From a virus (taxonomy: Duplodnaviria > Caudoviricetes), in the IMG/VR virus record IMGVR_UViG_3300020048_000093, positions 13,745-77,744 of that record: a DNA stretch of 64,000 bases. The stretch is one strand, 5' to 3'. The notes below the pieces were generated by a model. That model searched no databases. It saw only the letters and a list, made by a program, of their open reading frames with translations, and was not told the DNA's origin. The stretch's first letter is position 1. Each line of letters opens with the position of its first letter. Of the stretch, positions 1 through 7,907 are shown in pieces. The position numbers and the translations under genes were made by a program.

Positions 1-105
1 GAATGCTCGGCATATAAGAATACAGGGACCCTTCCAGAAAGCGTGGTCGGTGTCGGACCGGTCGACAAACAAAAGAGCCTGTTCAGCAGGCGAGGAGAAA
101 AGTGA
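1..105 (+). CDS. Partial CDS (C-terminus), hypothetical; ends in QKSLF
   Basis: Open frame 1-105, ECSAYKNTGTLPESVVGVGPVDKQKSLFSRRGEK*. Stop overlaps the next ATG (gtga/atg). Confidence 0.6.
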   Translation, partial: ECSAYKNTGTLPESVVGVGPVDKQKSLFSRRGEK

Positions 106-467
106 TGGATCATACGAAAGAGCCGTGGATCAAGGATAATCATACTGGAATACCCACCAATATATTTTCAGAGGTGGGTATGCGTGTTGCTCGTTGCGAC
201 TTCGATGGCGACCATGAAAGCTTGGAAGCACAAGCCAATGCCCGCCGTATTGTGGCGTGTGTGAACGCCTGTATAGGTATCGATACTGAAACTCTGGAAG
301 CTCCGGGAAGCCTTGCAGAAATAATCAGAAACAGAAAAAGTCAGTTCGATGAATTGCTTGCGGCGCTTACCGAAGCGGCAAATGATTATATAAGCCAAAA
401 CGGAAGCCGCCCGTCATGGTGGACAAATGATATCGCACAAATAGCAAAAAATGAGGCTAATAATTGA
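102..467 (+). CDS. Hypothetical early phage protein (ANARRIVAC...DELLAAL type)
   Basis: RBS gaggag; coupled to neighbours; similar to the next ORF. Confidence 0.8.
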   Translation: MMDHTKEPWIKDNHTGIPTNIFSEVGMRVARCDFDGDHESLEAQANARRIVACVNACIGIDTETLEAPGSLAEIIRNRKSQFDELLAALTEAANDYISQNGSRPSWWTNDIAQIAKNEANN

Positions 468-739
468 CCAAAGCCCAACGTATCAACGCCTGCATTCGGG
501 CATGTGCAGGGATACCTGATGATGTGATCTCCGATCCTGGCTATTCCATCAAGGCCGAGCTCGATACCCTGGACAACCAAATCGAGATGCGAACCAAGGC
601 GGAGCAGGAACGCGACGAACTTCTTGCGGCACTGAAAAAAATATCAGTTCTTTCCGGTAGTTCAAATCGGTATATTGACGACTACGGAGAGATAGCACGC
701 GACATAATCGCAAAAATAGAGGTGGAAAATGAAATATAA
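464..739 (+). CDS. Hypothetical early phage protein, paralogue of 102..467
   Basis: RBS gagg; shares RIxACxxACxGI and DELLAAL with the upstream ORF. Confidence 0.8.
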   Translation: MTKAQRINACIRACAGIPDDVISDPGYSIKAELDTLDNQIEMRTKAEQERDELLAALKKISVLSGSSNRYIDDYGEIARDIIAKIEVENEI

Positions 740-899
740 ATGCAACGAATGCTGCAAGGTAGGAGAAGTAAATCCTTGTATTTTAGAAGTAAAAGGTGCC
801 GACTTCTCACCGAAATTCTGTCCTTTTGATAGTGAAACTGCGAAAGCTGAATGGAAAAAAGTAACAAAAGAGACAAAAGGTGAAAAAGATGGACGATAA
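729..899 (+). CDS. Small Cys-rich hypothetical protein (56 aa, not in ORF track)
   Basis: Hand translation MKYKCNECCKVGEVNPCILEVKGADFSPKFCPFDSETAKAEWKK...; RBS gaggtgg; fills the gap between coupled ORFs. Confidence 0.7.
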   Translation: MKYKCNECCKVGEVNPCILEVKGADFSPKFCPFDSETAKAEWKKVTKETKGEKDGR

Positions 900-1089
900 G
901 AAGATAAAACTGGCCGTAAAGGTTGCGAAAGAGTTTATCGCACTTGCGGATGAAATGGAAAAGACCGAGAAAGCTAGCTTTACCGGATTCAACGGACTAA
1001 CATACCCATCCCGCAAACACAGAGGAGCAGTTCGCCGCCGTTCGATGGACCTTACTCGGGCGCTTGCAGACATGAGGTGTCCGAAATGA
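880..1089 (+). CDS. Hypothetical protein
   Basis: ORF in the co-directional early cluster. Confidence 0.7.
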   Translation: MKKMDDKKIKLAVKVAKEFIALADEMEKTEKASFTGFNGLTYPSRKHRGAVRRRSMDLTRALADMRCPK

Positions 1090-1529
1090 GGCTTACGAAA
1101 GACAATGAGGAACTGCGAAGGATTGAAATAGTCAGGTACCTCGATGGTGAGCCTAAAACATGTGGAGATATATCTGGACATGACGGAACCATAAGCCCCG
1201 ACAACATCCCGACATACATACTCCGGCTTATAAAGCGTGGCGTACTTATATCGAAGCATACACGCGGGCATTACATGGGGTACAAGCTCGACATGCCACT
1301 TGCCCAGGCCCTTGTCCTGGTCGAGGCAAAAGGGTACTGCGAAAAAGTTACACGCCGCATGGAATACCACCTTTCGGAGGCTTATCGGGAAAAGTTGGCT
1401 AAAAAGGCATCCGATCGGGAAATGGTCAAGGCCATAAAGAATCACGTTCCGGCCGGAGACAACCCACCCTGGTGGGGATTGATTACCCGGCGCGAGACAA
1501 TTGACTGCAAACTGGTAGCAAAAAAATGA
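1077..1529 (+). CDS. Hypothetical protein, possible winged-HTH N-terminus
   Basis: IVRYLDGEPKTCGDIS...TYILRLIKRGVL has wHTH-like spacing; RBS gaggtg (start may be 1086). Confidence 0.65.
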   Translation: MSEMRLTKDNEELRRIEIVRYLDGEPKTCGDISGHDGTISPDNIPTYILRLIKRGVLISKHTRGHYMGYKLDMPLAQALVLVEAKGYCEKVTRRMEYHLSEAYREKLAKKASDREMVKAIKNHVPAGDNPPWWGLITRRETIDCKLVAKK

Positions 1530-1732
1530 GAACACCTATAATTTGTCATCAAGTTTCATGCGATGAATACCGGTCAGATAAAGGGCATACAGTAAGGCGA
1601 GAATACGGGAAAACTCCAAACGGTAATGACTTGCAAGGCAGATGGGTTTATCGAAATACGAAGGGAGATATGAAAGATTTTAGCTTATATAGGCACGATT
1701 TGGCTTTCCGCAATCATCTTGAACTGAAATAA
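1526..1732 (+). CDS. Hypothetical protein
   Basis: Start overlaps the upstream stop (atga). Confidence 0.65.
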   Translation: MRTPIICHQVSCDEYRSDKGHTVRREYGKTPNGNDLQGRWVYRNTKGDMKDFSLYRHDLAFRNHLELK

Positions 1733-1743
1733 GGAGTGATACG

Positions 1744-1914
1744 ATGATACCGACATTCGAGAACGAAGAAGAGGAAAACGCGTTCTACCGGAAAGAAGCA
1801 GGGGAGTGCGTGAAATGCGTAAATTATCAGTACGATGACGCCATTTTCGGTGATGACTGCAGCGAGTGCAGCCGGTTTTACGGAGATCACTTCGAGGAAA
1901 AGGAGACAAAATGA
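1744..1914 (+). CDS. Small acidic Cys-rich protein (56 aa, CxxC...CxxC; not in ORF track)
   Basis: RBS aaggag; MIPTFENEEEENAFYRKEAGECVKCVNYQYDDAIFGDDCSECSRFYGDHFEEKETK*; stop overlaps the next ATG. Confidence 0.75.
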   Translation: MIPTFENEEEENAFYRKEAGECVKCVNYQYDDAIFGDDCSECSRFYGDHFEEKETK

Positions 1915-2285
1915 GGGAGATAAAGTTCCGGGCCGTGCATTACGGAGAATTACTAAACAGGGTTTTTACTCCGTTCGATGCCCATAAAATGCTTACCGGA
2001 CAATTACGGAACGACGACGAAAGCGACTATTTCGACCCGTGCGCAGAATTCGAGCAATATACCGGACTACTCGACAAAAACGGGAAAGAGATTTACGAGG
2101 GTGACGTAGTAAAAATGGGCGACGGAATCCTAACTGTGTTTTATCAAGCCCCGTCATTTGTGATGAAAGAAAAGAAAACTCACAAGCACTGGCACGTGTT
2201 TGTCCTTGCAGAATCCGAAAGGCAGTTTTGTGAAGTCATCGGAAACATCCATGACAATCCCGAATTACTGGAGAAAACGAAATGA
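1911..2285 (+). CDS. YopX-family phage protein
   Basis: MREIKFRA...QYTGLLDKNGKEIYEGDVV...EVIGNIHDNPELLE signature; RBS aaggag before 1911. Confidence 0.92.
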   Translation: MREIKFRAVHYGELLNRVFTPFDAHKMLTGQLRNDDESDYFDPCAEFEQYTGLLDKNGKEIYEGDVVKMGDGILTVFYQAPSFVMKEKKTHKHWHVFVLAESERQFCEVIGNIHDNPELLEKTK

Positions 2286-2455
2286 CTGTAACCTGCGAAC
2301 ACGCTTCAACATGTAACGCGGCAATGTACTGCACCCATGCAAAACCACACGAGCCGATTTTACCGTGGAAAGCAAATGCCATTAAGAAAATGTGCGACTA
2401 CAACCATGCTTGTGACTACACTTGCGAGGTAGTCAAATGTGAGCCGGTAAAATGA
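2282..2455 (+). CDS. Small Cys/His-rich protein (57 aa; not in ORF track)
   Basis: MTVTCEHASTCNAAMYCTHAKPHEPILPWKANAIKKMCDYNHACDYTCEVVKCEPVK*; coupled to the YopX stop. Confidence 0.65.
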   Translation: MTVTCEHASTCNAAMYCTHAKPHEPILPWKANAIKKMCDYNHACDYTCEVVKCEPVK

Positions 2456-2472
2456 CACAATTGTACACAAGG

Positions 2473-2501
2473 TAGACCGTAAAAAGTTAAAGTGGTATAA
2501 T
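2473..2501 (+). promoter_or_regulatory. Sigma70-type promoter for the RNA cluster
   Basis: TAGACC (2473-78), 17-bp spacer, extended -10 TGgTATAAT (2493-2501), 14 nt upstream of the first tRNA-like element. Confidence 0.8.
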
Positions 2502-2515
2502 GATTTAAGTGGACA

Positions 2516-2599
2516 GGAAGCGAGGCGCAATGGGCGCAAAGAATGAAGGCGGCAATGGATGCCCGGAAATCCACGCGGGTTCGACTCCCGCCGCTTCCA
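2516..2599 (+). ncRNA. tRNA-like element with unpaired anticodon arm (type II geometry)
   Basis: Perfect acceptor GGAAGCG/CGCTTCC+A, D stem GCGC/GCGC, variable hairpin TGGAT/ATCCA, T arm GCGGG-TTCGACT-CCCGC. The 17 nt at the anticodon position do not pair. Confidence 0.7.
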
Positions 2600-2604
2600 T
2601 TTTC

Positions 2605-2675
2605 GCCTGGTTAGTTAAACGGTATAACTGCTGACCTGTAATCAGCAATTGCGGGTTCGACTCCTGCACCCGGCT
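2605..2675 (+). tRNA. tRNA-Thr(UGU), atypical (C33, one acceptor mismatch, no encoded CCA)
   Basis: Acceptor GCCTGGT/ACCCGGC (6/7), D stem GTTA/TAAC, anticodon stem GCTGA/TCAGC with loop CCTGTAA, T arm GCGGG-TTCGACT-CCTGC. Confidence 0.85.
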
Positions 2676-2990
2676 CGATGCTTCTTAGCAAGGCGCATCA
2701 GGACCATTAGCGCGGGCGCACGGGATTGGTCTCCACGTGATCGAAGCGCGGCAAAGACCTGGCAACGGGGATGCACCAAGTGGCATGACCACCAGGCAGT
2801 ATACCGGCGTGCTACACACCGGAACGAACGGAATCGAACGTCCGTTATGGCACGCCACCGAAAAGACGACGCGGCGGTCGGTTCTCCGGACACAGGGGAA
2901 GGGCAGATCAAGAGGATTCGTGAAAGGGATCCCGCCGTTCAGTCGGACAGATTCCTTTCGTGTCCCGTCGATTCGGGAAACTGCCCATAA
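2676..2990 (+). ncRNA. Putative structured ncRNA (~310 nt)
   Basis: GC-rich, no RBS-led ORF, dense hairpins and a crossing helix pair (see findings). Confidence 0.55.
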
Positions 2991-3012
2991 CATACAGTAG
3001 TCGGAGGTTCAT

Positions 3013-3174
3013 ATGACCGAAGCGTGTCCATATTGCTTAAAGCCTATAACATGGATGCGCAACATCGAGTTCGAACTGATTATGGTCGAACGCGAAGTTA
3101 CTGAAGTGATAACTGAGAGCGGACGGAAGATTAAAGGTCAGAAGCCGCATATATGCCAAAAGGAAGGGGAATAG
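3013..3174 (+). CDS. Small putative Zn-binding protein (53 aa, CPYC...HIC; not in ORF track)
   Basis: RBS ggagg; MTEACPYCLKPITWMRNIEFELIMVEREVTEVITESGRKIKGQKPHICQKEGE*. Confidence 0.8.
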   Translation: MTEACPYCLKPITWMRNIEFELIMVEREVTEVITESGRKIKGQKPHICQKEGE

Positions 3175-3407
3175 TGGGACAACCGGCAAAGCCAGAGCTG
3201 CACGAATACATCGATGACCTTTTCCGTCAAGAAGTATTCGGCAGCGTGACCTTCCGCTTCCAGAAGGGGATTCTTGAGGGGATAAGCGAAAACCTTGAAA
3301 TAAAGATGCCAGATATCGTTGACGCCTACCGGGCGGGAGATACCCTATTAAAAAAAAAGGTTCTGATAGTACGCAGGAACCAAATACAAATGGATAAAAT
3401 CGATTGA
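3174..3407 (+). CDS. Hypothetical protein (YezD/DUF2292-like FGSVTFRFQKG segment)
   Basis: GTG overlapping the upstream TAG; motif resemblance by eye only. Confidence 0.6.
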   Translation: MGQPAKPELHEYIDDLFRQEVFGSVTFRFQKGILEGISENLEIKMPDIVDAYRAGDTLLKKKVLIVRRNQIQMDKID

Positions 3408-3694
3408 ATACCTATATTTACGGGTTAATCATAGCGTTGTTTGCTATATTGCTGCTGATACTTGCGGTAGGGTCGGCATGGATCAATCTGTTTGACGAGG
3501 AAGCCATAATGCAATGCAAAAAGTGCGGGGAAAGTGTAAAATACATAAAGAGTCATGACAACACAGAAGTGTATACCGTTGAAACAACCATCATACAGGT
3601 GGTAAAGAGCAACGGGAGAGAAGTGGGCGGGTATCTGCTCCATGTATGTGAGGCAACAGGAAAGTACAATGACACCAACAAAGAAACCGACTAA
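3404..3694 (+). CDS. N-terminal TM helix plus CxxC...HxC domain paralogous to 3013..3174
   Basis: Hydrophobic first ~30 aa; CKKC...VVKSNGREVGGYLLHVC aligns with the 3013 protein. Confidence 0.7.
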   Translation: MNTYIYGLIIALFAILLLILAVGSAWINLFDEEAIMQCKKCGESVKYIKSHDNTEVYTVETTIIQVVKSNGREVGGYLLHVCEATGKYNDTNKETD

Positions 3695-4523
3695 ACCGAA
3701 AAAACCGGCCAGTAAAGCAAAAGCACCAAAGAAGACCGAGACAAAGCCGAAAACGGCCGAGACAGGCAAACCTGCAAGGAAACCGAGAGGAAAAGCCGTT
3801 ACAGAGGGGGAAAAGAACACTCTTCCAGACGGAACCATCATAGACCTGGATTCCCTCGACTACGGGGAGGATGCAAAGCTCACTCTTCAACAAAAAAGGT
3901 TTGTGTTTTGGTATACCTACCCGGACAATATAGGCTTTATGTGCCAGGCAAAGGCGGCGCGATTGGCCGGATATTCCCCAGCACGGGTAGCAAACGCCGG
4001 ATACAAGCTCATGAGGGTCCCAGAAGTACAAAAGGCAATCAAAATGGTGCTGGACTTAACGGTAAAGACGGATCTCGTAGAACAATACCATCAAACATTC
4101 GAGCGGCTCAAAATACAGGCGCATTACAACATTGCCGATTACTACAAGAAAGAAACACGCTTTCGGAAAGAAACGATTAACGGTAAGGAAGTTGATATAC
4201 CCTATGATATAGAGGTATTAAAAGACCTTGATGAACTTACACCCTTGCAGCTCAAAGCTATCGATAATGTCGATTACAGGTCTCAAAAGGGAATTCGGGT
4301 GTATGTAATGGGTGATCGGTACAGAGCCATGCAATCCCTTATCGATATGTACAACAAAGTGTATGGTGACAAGGAAAAAGACGGCTTCGATGTAACCTTG
4401 ACTGCTGAAATAATCAAGGAACGACTATCGGCAAGAATCGAGATCCGGAAGAAAAACGCTGAAGCCTCAAGGAACGCAGAGGGCTATTTTGATGCACCGT
4501 CATCATTGCCGCAAGAAGAATAG
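3669..4523 (+). CDS. terS: Terminase small subunit
   Basis: LTLQQKRFVFWY...QAKAARLAGYS HTH; directly upstream of terL; Lys/Pro-rich N-tail. Confidence 0.85.
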   Translation: MTPTKKPTKPKKPASKAKAPKKTETKPKTAETGKPARKPRGKAVTEGEKNTLPDGTIIDLDSLDYGEDAKLTLQQKRFVFWYTYPDNIGFMCQAKAARLAGYSPARVANAGYKLMRVPEVQKAIKMVLDLTVKTDLVEQYHQTFERLKIQAHYNIADYYKKETRFRKETINGKEVDIPYDIEVLKDLDELTPLQLKAIDNVDYRSQKGIRVYVMGDRYRAMQSLIDMYNKVYGDKEKDGFDVTLTAEIIKERLSARIEIRKKNAEASRNAEGYFDAPSSLPQEE

Positions 4524-4586
4524 AATCTACCAAAAAACCATTATAATGCTATTATGTGGCGACGTATGGAGATAAAACGAGGTTAA

Positions 4587-6185
4587 ATGGCAACTAACGG
4601 GCCTTTGTGGACACCAGAAGAAAAACTCAACTACATCGGAGCCTTTGTAAACGTCGATGATAAGCCACTGGATCTTGATTTCTGGCAAGAGGACTTCATA
4701 AAGACAAACTGCAAGTATTCGGTATTACTGAAAAGCAGACGCACGGGGTTTTCGTTCGCAACCGGCTTGAAGGGTTTTATCAAGGCAATGGACCCTGCCC
4801 GTATCAAGTATGTCCGGCAATTTGTATCCTACAATGAGGATGATGCCAAAGAGAAAATCAATTATGCCCGTGAGTTTTACAATTCGATCCCGAAAGAATA
4901 CAAAAAGCCGCTCATATCTGATACCAAAACGCAGATGGAATTCCTGGATGCAAACGGGAAAACAACCAGCCGACTGATATCCATTGCGTGCCGGCCGCCT
5001 CGTGGTAAGGGCGGGGATATCGTATTCGACGAAATGGGCATATTCCCTGCGAATAAGGCGAAAGTCATCTATACAGCCGGCCTTCCGGTAATAGCCCGTG
5101 GCGGATGCATAGAAGTTGGAAGCACGCCTCTTGGTAAAATCGGCATGTTCTATGACCTTTGTACGGATAAAACAAAATACAGCGAGTATGCCAGGGTATT
5201 TGTCCCGTGGTGGTTCTCATCGGCCTTGTGTAATGACCACAGAAACGCGCCAAAAATTGCGTCGTCAATGGATACCGAAGAGCGTGTCGCCTTTTTTGGT
5301 CTACCGGCCCTGAAGAGTATCTACAACTCAATGTTTCTTGAAGACTTCCAGCAGGAATTCGAATGTTCTTTCGTAGACGGTGCCAGTAGTTATATCACAT
5401 TTGACCTGATTCACGACAATACTCCGGGCATGCGGTCGAATGATCGTGCAGCAGAGCTGGGTGAAGAAGATGACGAATCTGACATGGAGATTCATGCCTT
5501 CAGGGACGTTGATTCCTTGCTCATAGGCTACGATCCGTCCATACATGGTACTTTGTATCTCGGGTATGACGTTGCACGCCGTAGAGACGCGGCTGTGGTG
5601 TTTGCCATCGGAGTAACACCAGAAGGAAAGAAGCGCAGCGTGGCAGAAATCGAGATGACTAATACGAAGTTTGAAGTCCAGCTCGACGTTATCCGGAAAA
5701 TTATGAAGCATCTTCCCGTTGTCCGTATCTGCATGGACCAGACCGGCCAGGGTGAACCGCTTTGTGAACGGCTGGAAGATGAATTCGGAATAGCACGGGT
5801 TGAAGGGATTATTTTCGGGCCGGAGTCAAAAGAGATAATGGCCATCGGTGTTCGGTCCGGTCTTGAACAGAAAGAGTATTTACTTCAAAATGACCCTAAG
5901 TTCCATAAGCAAATTCATTCCATAAAAAGGATTGTTACAATTGCCGGACGTTTCCGGTATGATGCACAGAGGGACGAGACGGGTCACGCAGATAGTTTTT
6001 GGGCATGGGCATTGGCAAGTTACGCGGTTTCATCCATAAAGCAAATCGCAACAAAGAAAAACGACTTCTACAAACAGTATGCAGACAAGAAGGCCGGGAA
6101 AATAGAGAGCGTATCCGATAAAAAGAAGGAAGCCAGACCTCGTTCACAAGCTGCGGTACTGGCAAGATTCAGGAGGGACCGGTAA
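4587..6185 (+). CDS. terL: Terminase large subunit (Mu gp28/Terminase_6-like)
   Basis: KSRRTGFS Walker A, IVFDE Walker B, GSTP motif; nuclease GYDVARRRD and HADSFWA. Confidence 0.95.
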   Translation: MATNGPLWTPEEKLNYIGAFVNVDDKPLDLDFWQEDFIKTNCKYSVLLKSRRTGFSFATGLKGFIKAMDPARIKYVRQFVSYNEDDAKEKINYAREFYNSIPKEYKKPLISDTKTQMEFLDANGKTTSRLISIACRPPRGKGGDIVFDEMGIFPANKAKVIYTAGLPVIARGGCIEVGSTPLGKIGMFYDLCTDKTKYSEYARVFVPWWFSSALCNDHRNAPKIASSMDTEERVAFFGLPALKSIYNSMFLEDFQQEFECSFVDGASSYITFDLIHDNTPGMRSNDRAAELGEEDDESDMEIHAFRDVDSLLIGYDPSIHGTLYLGYDVARRRDAAVVFAIGVTPEGKKRSVAEIEMTNTKFEVQLDVIRKIMKHLPVVRICMDQTGQGEPLCERLEDEFGIARVEGIIFGPESKEIMAIGVRSGLEQKEYLLQNDPKFHKQIHSIKRIVTIAGRFRYDAQRDETGHADSFWAWALASYAVSSIKQIATKKNDFYKQYADKKAGKIESVSDKKKEARPRSQAAVLARFRRDR

Positions 6186-7889
6186 ATGGGGATGATAAAT
6201 ATATCGCAAGATGAACTTGTGGCGCATTTGAGAAAGTCAGGGATAATTAAAAAAGAGAACAAGTCCATCGTTCCGATGAGGAATGTCACCAAACAAGTTG
6301 AAGAAACAAAATCCGTTACAATAAACCCCTTTAACCGGCTCATGCAGCGCGGGGGCAAGAATGTTATTGAGCCTAACCGAAAGATCACCTATCAGGTATT
6401 GCGAACGGTATCGGAAAAGGCATGGATCATAAATCTCATTATCGGGCACCTTATAGCACAGACTCGCCCCTTCATGAAGGCCTCGACCGACAATAATGTC
6501 CGGGGATATCAGGTACGGCTCAAGGACAAAGACCATGCGCCTAATGCCAAAGAGAAGGAATTGATAAAGACCTATACTGAATTCTTCCAGCGCACTGGTT
6601 TTGGAGTGGACCCTGAACGGGAAGACAACCTGGTGAACTATTCCGCGAAGATAATCCGCGATGCGCTCACGCTTGATCAGGTTACCACCGAAATACAGAG
6701 AACGCGCGGAACGCAAGTTTACGCCTTCTGGGCGATTGACCCGGCAACCATCTATAAATGTTCAGAAGAGGGATACAACGGGGATGACAAAATCAAGTTC
6801 ATCCAGGAAATTGACCTTGTAACAACCGCTTATTATACCCGTGATGATCTGATATTTGACTATCAGCACCCACGGTCAGACGTGAATCATTCGGGATACG
6901 GTTATTCGGTTGTCGAACAGGCCATAGACCTGATTACCGGTATGATCAACTCATATATTTACAATATGGGGTTTTTCACTGAAGACAAGCTCCCTCGCGG
7001 TATGCTTCTGCTTCAGGGTGACGCGGACATGGAAGAGGTGGAGGCCATTGAAGACTATCTGGTCAACATTATGTCTGGCGGACCATCATCGAAATGGCGG
7101 GTTCCCATCATACCTGCCGGAAGTACTTCAGGGGAAAACGGAAAGAAATTCGAGTGGGTAAATCTCCAGGGTTCGAATAAGGACATGGAATTCTCACAGT
7201 GGATGGAGTTTATCTGGTCAAGCGTCGCGGCCATGTTCGGGGTTGACCTGGAAGAGCTCGGCATAAAGACCAGCAAAAGTACTTCTGTCATGGGAGACAA
7301 CACCGGACCGAAGATAGAGGCCTCGAAATCCAGAGGGCTTAGTTCAACGCTGTCTTTTTGTGAATCTCACTTCCAGAAAATCCTTGACAAGATTGACCCT
7401 CGGTTTGATTTTGAGTTTGTCGGATACGAACGCGACGACCCTACGCTCAAAAATGCGACACGGGAAGCAGACCTACGCACCTTCAAGACAATAGACGAGC
7501 TCAGGGCAGAAGATGACAAGAAGCCTTTCAACCAGCCGTGGTCTACCGTACCGTTAAATCCCTACGTGGTGCAGCTCATTCAATCCGCTCAACAGCAGCA
7601 GGACGGGCAAGGTGGTCCGGAAGACGGTATGCCGCCCGAAGGTTCTGAAGAGCAGGGACGGGAAGGCGACGATCAAGGTGGAGAAGAACAGGACGCATAT
7701 CGGAAGCTCATGATGGGCGATGAGAATGAATCTGATGACGCAGAAGATGACGGACCAAACGAATCAAATACCGACAGCGATGCCAGATTGAGGCCTCCGT
7801 CCAAAGAAGAGCTTGCTGGCCGTAAGGGAAGTATTTACGACCAATTCAAGAAGTCAATCATAGACGACGTTATAGAGATAATAGTTTAG
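6186..7889 (+). CDS. Portal protein
   Basis: IIRDALTLDQ, GYGYSVVE, FFTEDKLPRGML, DMEFSQWMEF...AMFGVDLEELG, TIDELR motifs; follows terL; acidic C-tail. Confidence 0.93.
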   Translation: MGMINISQDELVAHLRKSGIIKKENKSIVPMRNVTKQVEETKSVTINPFNRLMQRGGKNVIEPNRKITYQVLRTVSEKAWIINLIIGHLIAQTRPFMKASTDNNVRGYQVRLKDKDHAPNAKEKELIKTYTEFFQRTGFGVDPEREDNLVNYSAKIIRDALTLDQVTTEIQRTRGTQVYAFWAIDPATIYKCSEEGYNGDDKIKFIQEIDLVTTAYYTRDDLIFDYQHPRSDVNHSGYGYSVVEQAIDLITGMINSYIYNMGFFTEDKLPRGMLLLQGDADMEEVEAIEDYLVNIMSGGPSSKWRVPIIPAGSTSGENGKKFEWVNLQGSNKDMEFSQWMEFIWSSVAAMFGVDLEELGIKTSKSTSVMGDNTGPKIEASKSRGLSSTLSFCESHFQKILDKIDPRFDFEFVGYERDDPTLKNATREADLRTFKTIDELRAEDDKKPFNQPWSTVPLNPYVVQLIQSAQQQQDGQGGPEDGMPPEGSEEQGREGDDQGGEEQDAYRKLMMGDENESDDAEDDGPNESNTDSDARLRPPSKEELAGRKGSIYDQFKKSIIDDVIEIIV

Positions 7890-7907
7890 CCAAAACGGGG
7901 GTTTTAT

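Noticed and set aside
2516-2990. tmRNA, group I intron or RNase P identity for the RNA cluster
   Set aside because: No G3-U70 alanyl acceptor or tag ORF, and no recognisable group I core or RNase P conserved motifs.
2642-3000. ORF-track frames 2649..2990, 2737..3000, 2642..2911 and 2685..2993
   Set aside because: They overlap the tRNA or structured region, lack an RBS and give Arg/Pro-rich junk translations.
4521-4555. Promoter before terL
   Set aside because: TATAAT/TATTAT are present but no convincing -35 at proper spacing.
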